Shown here: in pieces, positions 58,356 to 64,000 of the stretch
Numbering within the stretch: the first letter of the stretch is position 1
How the letters are laid out: every line of letters begins with the position of its first letter
Source of the DNA: Gammaproteobacteria bacterium
GTDB taxonomy: Bacteria > Pseudomonadota > Gammaproteobacteria > Eutrophobiales > Eutrophobiaceae
Assembly: GCA_965116495.1 (NCBI GenBank)
Contig: OZ220696.1
Coordinates: 1,376,001 to 1,440,000, forward strand
Direction: 5' to 3'
DNA: 64,000 nucleotides
Position numbers and translations under genes: made by a program
Notes under the pieces: generated by a model
What the model was told of the DNA's origin: nothing
What the model saw: only the letters and a program-made list of their open reading frames with translations
The model's database searches: none

Positions 58356-58859
58356 TTATTCCCCTGTCTTGTCCAGGTCTTTATTGATCCTGACAAGCTC
58401 CTGCATCAACCGGTCAATATCCGGGATCAATTTTTTCAGGGCATTCTGCTCTTTTGCCACCAGTTTTTTTGCGACCTCATGGCGTATCACTCCGGCATCC
58501 GACGGAAAGATCTCGATAATCCTCCGGTCCTCATGGTGTGGTTTTCTGTAGACAAGGTTGTCATTTACCATGCGGTCTATGAGTTTTGTGGCCGTCGGCA
58601 GGTTCAATACCATCGCTTCCGCAATCCCACCCATTGACCTGCTGCTTTCCGTAACCAGCATATTCAATACCAGCCACGCATCCAGACTCAGTCCCACAGT
58701 GCGTAACTTGGCGGTCAGCCGGTTGTTTACTTTACGACCGGTCCGGACCATCAGGCCGGCCAGATGATTGTCAATAATTCGTTTTCCCAAAAGACTTTCC
58801 CCGGTCCCATCAACGCATCTTATTGTACTCATGATACCTGAGCATGAGTGTCTTACCAA
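58356..58859 (-). CDS. MarR family transcriptional regulator (start uncertain)
   Basis: WLVLNML, LNLPTATKLIDRMVNDNLVYR..HHEDRR winged helix. Confidence 0.85.
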   Translation of the reverse strand: MVRHSCSGIMSTIRCVDGTGESLLGKRIIDNHLAGLMVRTGRKVNNRLTAKLRTVGLSLDAWLVLNMLVTESSRSMGGIAEAMVLNLPTATKLIDRMVNDNLVYRKPHHEDRRIIEIFPSDAGVIRHEVAKKLVAKEQNALKKLIPDIDRLMQELVRINKDLDKTGE

Positions 58860-58937
58860 AATGCTGGAAAGGTCTATGTTAGGAAGTTGAATATCCGGCC
58901 ACGGAGTTGCTTGAATGTTTTGGCCGCTTCCAGACTT

Positions 58938-61900
58938 TCAATGCGGGAGACACGGTCCATCTTCCCGCTTGGCTTCTTCCTCATAGTCTTTCGCCGCACG
59001 TCGAAGTGAAGCGGCGGTTTTTGGCCACTCCATCTCGCATTGATTCGCAAATCGATGATATTTCCCGGCAAGTTCATTTTCTCGTAACCCTTTCCCTTCA
59101 AAACGGACGCTGCCGTTTTTATTATATATCCCAACTCTAAATCCTCGGGCTAAAGCATCGCTGTCGAATTCATCGATAACGTCACGGACCGGATTACTCG
59201 GCCACTCATCTTTACCTTCCGGCTCCTGCGCCAGTACCTCGCCGATACGCTCATCACATACTTCCAGGTGACCTGATTCTTCACATTTTTCTCTGGCGAT
59301 CCTTACCCAATCCATAAGTTCCTGTTCATTGATCAGCCCATCGTTGTTCATGCCGGGTATCATCTTCCATTGAGTTAACAACACATACGCTTGATGCGCT
59401 CGTGCTTTGTCCCGCTCTGTGAAAGCTTGCCGGTTATCTTCCGGCTTTTTGTCCGAGTGAAAAACCGTCCGGATGAGTCGACAAAAGAATTCGGGGTCCT
59501 GTTGTAATGATTTTTCCAGTGTTACCGGAGATGATCCACTGTATTCATCCAGAAATTCAAGGTAGACCCACTCCAATTCAGTGAGTCTGATCGTATCTGT
59601 ATCAGAGCATCTTTCTTGTAGATATTTAAATAATTCCTGGATTTTGTATTTGATATCACTCTCTGTTACTTCTTCAAGGCTAATTTGAATTTGCCCCTTC
59701 CGTGCAGTTTCTAATGTCTCCAGTGTTTTGATAACCAGATCCGGGTCAATCTCGCATCCGTCATACAAAGCCATATTCAATATGTCAATGGCTTTAAGAG
59801 GATGTCCATAGTGGATTAATTTTGTTACCGCGAACTCAACGTCTTCTTTGCTGCCATCACGAACAAAGTCTCTAACGTGTCCCCAATAAACAGACCTGGC
59901 CTTAGAATTCTGTTTTTCTACCCATACCCAGGTTTCTCGTTTGAAGGGCAATACAGATAAAAACAATCCGGATTGTTCCGGTTGCCATGCCTTCAGGGGA
60001 AGTACTTCAACCCAATCCCAGTCTTTTTGCTCAAACAGTGCGCGGACGATACCAGCTGTAAATTCTTTCTCACGTTCATTATCCGAAGTCAGCAAAGCAG
60101 GAATGACGTCATCAGTATCGTTATAGAGTGCGCTACGCACATAACCATTGCCCACGATATCCGGACGACCGGATTCTTTGGCAAGCTTGAGAATTTCTTT
60201 TATTCCCCCATCCTCGTATATTTCCTGCAAAGCCTGAGCCCTGATTTGATAAATTGCTTCCTCTCGCTGTTGCGAGGACGTTCCAAGATTCATGTAGCCA
60301 TCGGGATAAGACGCAAATAACCAAAGGTGCCTGGCGACCAGATCAACGGGCTCGAAACGGTTTTGCAGGGTCTCCAGCCTGTTGGCAATATTTGGCGGTA
60401 TAGCTCTTTTTTTGTCTGATGCACGGGTTTTTATTACCTGTTTTCTTATGCTTTCCGTTATTTTTCTCCTGACTACCGTATCCAATTCTGTCAGGTCCCA
60501 CTGTTCCAGTCGATCAAACAGTTGTTTTTGTGTAGCTTGCGGGAGATGGTCAAACTCATTGAGCAACTGTAACCATCGTTCAATATCAGTTCCTGCCATG
60601 GAAATCAGATAACCTGCACAAGCGGATATCTGTTGCCAATACCCGTCGTGATCAGGTGTCTGCTCCCAAGCCAAAGACCAGTCCCGCCATACCGGCATAC
60701 GGGTATCTGATGACGTCCTTAACACATTCGGCATGAGGCTGAGCAATAATTCCCAGGCTGCTTTCGGGGTTTTTTCGACCAACTTTTTTATTGCTTTTAT
60801 TCTTTGTTCAACGGATGCCGTTGTGTGGGGATGCCAAGGCAGGAAAACCTGTTGCAGACTGGACAGGGGGCTGCTTGACCATTGCCCCTGCGAGCCGATC
60901 TCATATAAGCGTCCAAGAATTAAACTCACCTTAGTAAGGTAAGATGGATTCCAGGCCAGTACTTCTAGTGCGCCCAATATTCCTTCGTATGCAGAAAAGG
61001 CAACGGGTAAAGGAGCATCAGAATCGTTAAACAATTCTTTCAATACAGGACTCTCGCATTTGAGATCGTTTTCGACGGTTGACAAAAATACTTCGGGAGC
61101 CGCTTCTGCCAATTTGGGTAACAAGCCGGACAAAGAAGCCCATAGTTGCCAGGAAGTCTCCTCATTCAGAAGTCTACCCACTATTTGCTCAGCTTTTCCC
61201 TCGGGTTTGATGTCACTTTGCATCGTGCCGTTCCCAGACCTGCATGCCAACAGGACCAGCGTTTCACACATAGCCAAGCGGATCTGCGCGGAATATCTAA
61301 GTTCATTATCGTGGAACGCCGCATACGGCTGATCCTCTGCCGGCAGGTCATGTCTGATGTCCACTTCACCGAGAATTTCTACTGTCAGTTCCTCAAATGT
61401 GAGAAGGTCTTGTCGGGTTATATAGCATGCCAGTAACCGCCATGAATCTTCTCGCGATTCCAGGCTACAATGTTCATGTACACGTAAGAAAGGAGAGTCA
61501 GGTCTATTCAGCCAGAGGTTAACGATGTTTGCATTCTTTTCATACGATTTGCCGGATAATTTTTCAATAGCGCGTTGATCGGCATCGGATATTTCGTCCC
61601 AAGAGCCGACTAAAATAAAAGGTATTAATTCTCGAGCCCTGTCTGCTTCGCTCCATTCAGGATGTTTTGTAACAGGAAAGCGGGAAATAGAGCGTTTCAG
61701 CACGGTTAAACTTCCACCCGCCATGCGAGCGTAGTCAGATGCCACTTGCTCGGTAAGACCGGAGGTCAATAATGCTTTCTTCAACGCGTAACGATCAGGA
61801 CGCTGCAAATGAATTCGATCATATTTCGCGGAGAAGTGGTGATAGCAAAGCAGAACGTGATGACCCTGCTGCACGGCTTCTGTGATCATTGCTGCATCCA

Positions 61901-63038
61901 CGGGTAAATCCGGTTCAGGGATTAATAGTAACGAATTGGGGGATGCCGAGAGGTCTATCCACGCGTCCTTGTCCCGTATAATTAATGTTCTTGCCACCAT
62001 TTCATCTGCAAATTCACGAGGATCTACTTTCAACTCAAGGGTGGCTTCCTGGCTCCTGAAATACACGTGACAAGCAGAAATAAAATCAATTACGTCAACA
62101 GGAGAGGATGATTCAACAGCCAGTACGGAAGGTGCCGAACCCAACCATTCTGTAAACATATTTACTGCTTTATCACGTGATGTGAGGAACACGCTTGCAG
62201 GTAATGAAGGATTGGTCGAAGCGGATAGCTTTTCCCAATACCCCTCAAGATCAACAACTCCTTCCGGTTGGAGGCCAAGCATACGGGCAAGCCAGTTTTC
62301 GACACCTCTGGCAAACTCCAACCATTCCTCCTGGCTTTCGGAGTCGTATACCCTGACATCTTTCCAGATATTCAAGTTTTTCTTCTCCGAACACCATGTG
62401 TCTTTCCCTTGCCATCTTCGCGGTGTGACAAATATAAAGGTTGCCTGTTTTTTGTCCACTCCACATGAATTTTCAGTGCGTTTTCTGAAATCCTCCTCAG
62501 CCCTTCTACACGGCTGCCTATTGACACTCATTTCCCACACACTCAGTCCCGCAGGCACAAATTCATTGCCGCGGGCTGCCTCAATGAGCCCATCCCAACC
62601 CGGAATTTGCACGCATTCAAAGGCGGGAACTTGCACACGAATAAGGTTGTCTGAATCAACAGTACCGCGAACCAACCGTCGAACCAGGAGGGGGAAGATA
62701 GATTGCGCATCAATTCGGTCAGCCCACTGTTCCAACATTACAGATCTGACCCGGGTCGATATTCTTCTGCTGCGGGGAGGTTGGGGCAACCTGTCTACAC
62801 CTTCCTTTCGCGCTAGCCCGAACAGTGTTTGCCGTTCAGTGGATTCAGGCTCCATTTTAAGCGCCTTTGCGTACGATTCCAGGAGCGTTGCAGATCTTGG
62901 CGGGGCGAGAATATTCCGTTCAAGTTTGCTGATGTTGCCCTGATCAAATCCATTTCGGCGCGAGAATTCACGCAGGGACAAGCCCAACGCCTTACGGCGC
63001 TGCCGGAAATAGTCACCAAAGCGTATTGAAGAAGACAT
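58938..63038 (-). CDS. 1366-aa protein: XRE HTH + putative PD-(D/E)xK-like nuclease + degenerate STAND-like NTPase + long helical region; candidate anti-phage protein
   Basis: FRQRRKALGLSLREFS...NISKLER; PGWDG...WEMS; ARMAGGSLTVLKR; lower GC than the backbone. Confidence 0.7.
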   Translation of the reverse strand: MSSSIRFGDYFRQRRKALGLSLREFSRRNGFDQGNISKLERNILAPPRSATLLESYAKALKMEPESTERQTLFGLARKEGVDRLPQPPRSRRISTRVRSVMLEQWADRIDAQSIFPLLVRRLVRGTVDSDNLIRVQVPAFECVQIPGWDGLIEAARGNEFVPAGLSVWEMSVNRQPCRRAEEDFRKRTENSCGVDKKQATFIFVTPRRWQGKDTWCSEKKNLNIWKDVRVYDSESQEEWLEFARGVENWLARMLGLQPEGVVDLEGYWEKLSASTNPSLPASVFLTSRDKAVNMFTEWLGSAPSVLAVESSSPVDVIDFISACHVYFRSQEATLELKVDPREFADEMVARTLIIRDKDAWIDLSASPNSLLLIPEPDLPVDAAMITEAVQQGHHVLLCYHHFSAKYDRIHLQRPDRYALKKALLTSGLTEQVASDYARMAGGSLTVLKRSISRFPVTKHPEWSEADRARELIPFILVGSWDEISDADQRAIEKLSGKSYEKNANIVNLWLNRPDSPFLRVHEHCSLESREDSWRLLACYITRQDLLTFEELTVEILGEVDIRHDLPAEDQPYAAFHDNELRYSAQIRLAMCETLVLLACRSGNGTMQSDIKPEGKAEQIVGRLLNEETSWQLWASLSGLLPKLAEAAPEVFLSTVENDLKCESPVLKELFNDSDAPLPVAFSAYEGILGALEVLAWNPSYLTKVSLILGRLYEIGSQGQWSSSPLSSLQQVFLPWHPHTTASVEQRIKAIKKLVEKTPKAAWELLLSLMPNVLRTSSDTRMPVWRDWSLAWEQTPDHDGYWQQISACAGYLISMAGTDIERWLQLLNEFDHLPQATQKQLFDRLEQWDLTELDTVVRRKITESIRKQVIKTRASDKKRAIPPNIANRLETLQNRFEPVDLVARHLWLFASYPDGYMNLGTSSQQREEAIYQIRAQALQEIYEDGGIKEILKLAKESGRPDIVGNGYVRSALYNDTDDVIPALLTSDNEREKEFTAGIVRALFEQKDWDWVEVLPLKAWQPEQSGLFLSVLPFKRETWVWVEKQNSKARSVYWGHVRDFVRDGSKEDVEFAVTKLIHYGHPLKAIDILNMALYDGCEIDPDLVIKTLETLETARKGQIQISLEEVTESDIKYKIQELFKYLQERCSDTDTIRLTELEWVYLEFLDEYSGSSPVTLEKSLQQDPEFFCRLIRTVFHSDKKPEDNRQAFTERDKARAHQAYVLLTQWKMIPGMNNDGLINEQELMDWVRIAREKCEESGHLEVCDERIGEVLAQEPEGKDEWPSNPVRDVIDEFDSDALARGFRVGIYNKNGSVRFEGKGLRENELAGKYHRFANQCEMEWPKTAASLRRAAKDYEEEAKREDGPCLPH

Positions 63039-63056
63039 ACTAATAAAGTATATTAG

Positions 63057-63112
63057 TTGTAATTATTTTACAAATTTTCAATATGAAAAAATTATTTGTT
63101 TATTTTTTACAA
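63057..63112. promoter_or_regulatory. Two TTGT-N9-ACAA palindromes in an extremely AT-rich divergent spacer; candidate operators
   Basis: TTGTAATTATTTTACAA (63057..63073) and TTGTTTATTTTTTACAA (63096..63112). Confidence 0.45.
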
Positions 63113-63237
63113 CATAAAAGTTTTTTTATTTAACTACCTAAATATTCTATATATATTATATAAACTCATATATTTGTTAATTATAATATTTTTAGTTAAT
63201 TTCTTTATAAAGGATTTACTTAAAATAGATTAATATT

Positions 63238-64000
63238 ATGTTTTTTTATTATTTTGGTCCGCTGGAATTCAGGTTCTTCAGCTATATCCAGGCTCGCAAG
63301 ATGCAATCTGTCGAAATCGGCAAAATCGGGTTGGAACTGGGATTAACCCCTGTCCAGGAACGTAAACTGCTGAGTCGACTATCCCGCCGGGGGCTCATTA
63401 CCAGGGTAAGACGGGGCCTGTATCTTGTGCCTCCAACCATTCCACCCGGAGGGAAGTGGAGCCCCGGTGAAGCACTGGCATTATCCACTCTGATGATGGA
63501 CAAAAAAGGCCAATACCAGTTATGTGGGCCCAATGCCTTTTATCGGTACAGGTGGACTGATCAAGTTCCGAACCGGTTATATGTTTATAATAATCGCTTG
63601 TCAGGTACCCGAAAAATCGGGCCTGTAACCTTAACATTGATTAAGGTTTATGATGAGCGCCTCGGATCTACGGAAACTGTAACTACCCCTGAGGGAATTG
63701 TTTTAAATTACTCCAGCAAAGCACGTGCACTAATGGATGCTGTCTATGATTGGTCAAGATTCAACACTCTCCCACGTGCTTATGATTGGATATCACAGGA
63801 AATTGATAAAGACGATGCCCTACCGGCAGATTTGGTGGACGTTTGTATCAGTTACGGGAATCAAAGCACGCTACGCCGTATAGGAAAATTACTTGCTGAG
63901 GAAGCAGTGAACGAGCCTTTATTGAGAAAATTGACAAAACGGATAAAACCATCTTCCAGCTTGATCCCCTGGATACCATCTAAACCGAAAAAAGGACAAA
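63238..64000 (+). CDS. Type IV TA AbiEi-family antitoxin / transcriptional regulator, 3'-truncated (absent from the ORF track)
   Basis: Frame open to the window end: LSRLSRRGLITRVRRGLYLVP, AFYRYRWTDQVPNRLYVYN, SSKARALMDAVYD, TLRRIGKLL. Confidence 0.8.
   Translation, partial: MFFYYFGPLEFRFFSYIQARKMQSVEIGKIGLELGLTPVQERKLLSRLSRRGLITRVRRGLYLVPPTIPPGGKWSPGEALALSTLMMDKKGQYQLCGPNAFYRYRWTDQVPNRLYVYNNRLSGTRKIGPVTLTLIKVYDERLGSTETVTTPEGIVLNYSSKARALMDAVYDWSRFNTLPRAYDWISQEIDKDDALPADLVDVCISYGNQSTLRRIGKLLAEEAVNEPLLRKLTKRIKPSSSLIPWIPSKPKKGQ

Noticed and set aside
58860-58940. Attachment site, tRNA or integrase at the island boundary
   Set aside because: No tRNA, direct repeat or recombinase seen; the other island end lies outside the window

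Overview
A GC-rich bacterial chromosome segment. The backbone gene order (rph-rdgB...hemW, yicC, guaB-guaA divergent from xseA, lipB-lipA, yadGH) is gammaproteobacterial. A sponge or marine-invertebrate symbiont origin is my inference from the sup-like PKS end plus permease, the sulfatase, several Mo-hydroxylases and several TA modules. From left to right: the 3' end of a type I PKS ending in an AT-less KS; an NCS2-fold permease fused to a degenerate RsbW-like domain; hemW carrying an in-frame palindromic insertion; an MFP plus two tandem-duplicated RND genes wedged between rdgB and hemW; DPP-IV; an ATPase/MazEF islet; a purine-catabolism cluster; a roughly 16 kb putative N-heteroaromatic catabolic region (decarboxylase, flavin monooxygenase, two Mo-hydroxylases, NicX-like dioxygenase, EXPERA/EBP-like membrane protein); a TonB receptor; HigBA with a nonsense-inactivated toxin; housekeeping genes; and the start of a low-GC island with a 1366-aa HTH-nuclease-STAND-like protein and an AbiEi-type antitoxin. 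Many gene junctions carry short palindromic or tandem repeats of at least four families, and some have become part of coding sequence. No rRNA, tRNA, CRISPR array, integrase or transposase was recognised. All family calls come from motif recognition by eye, not database searches.
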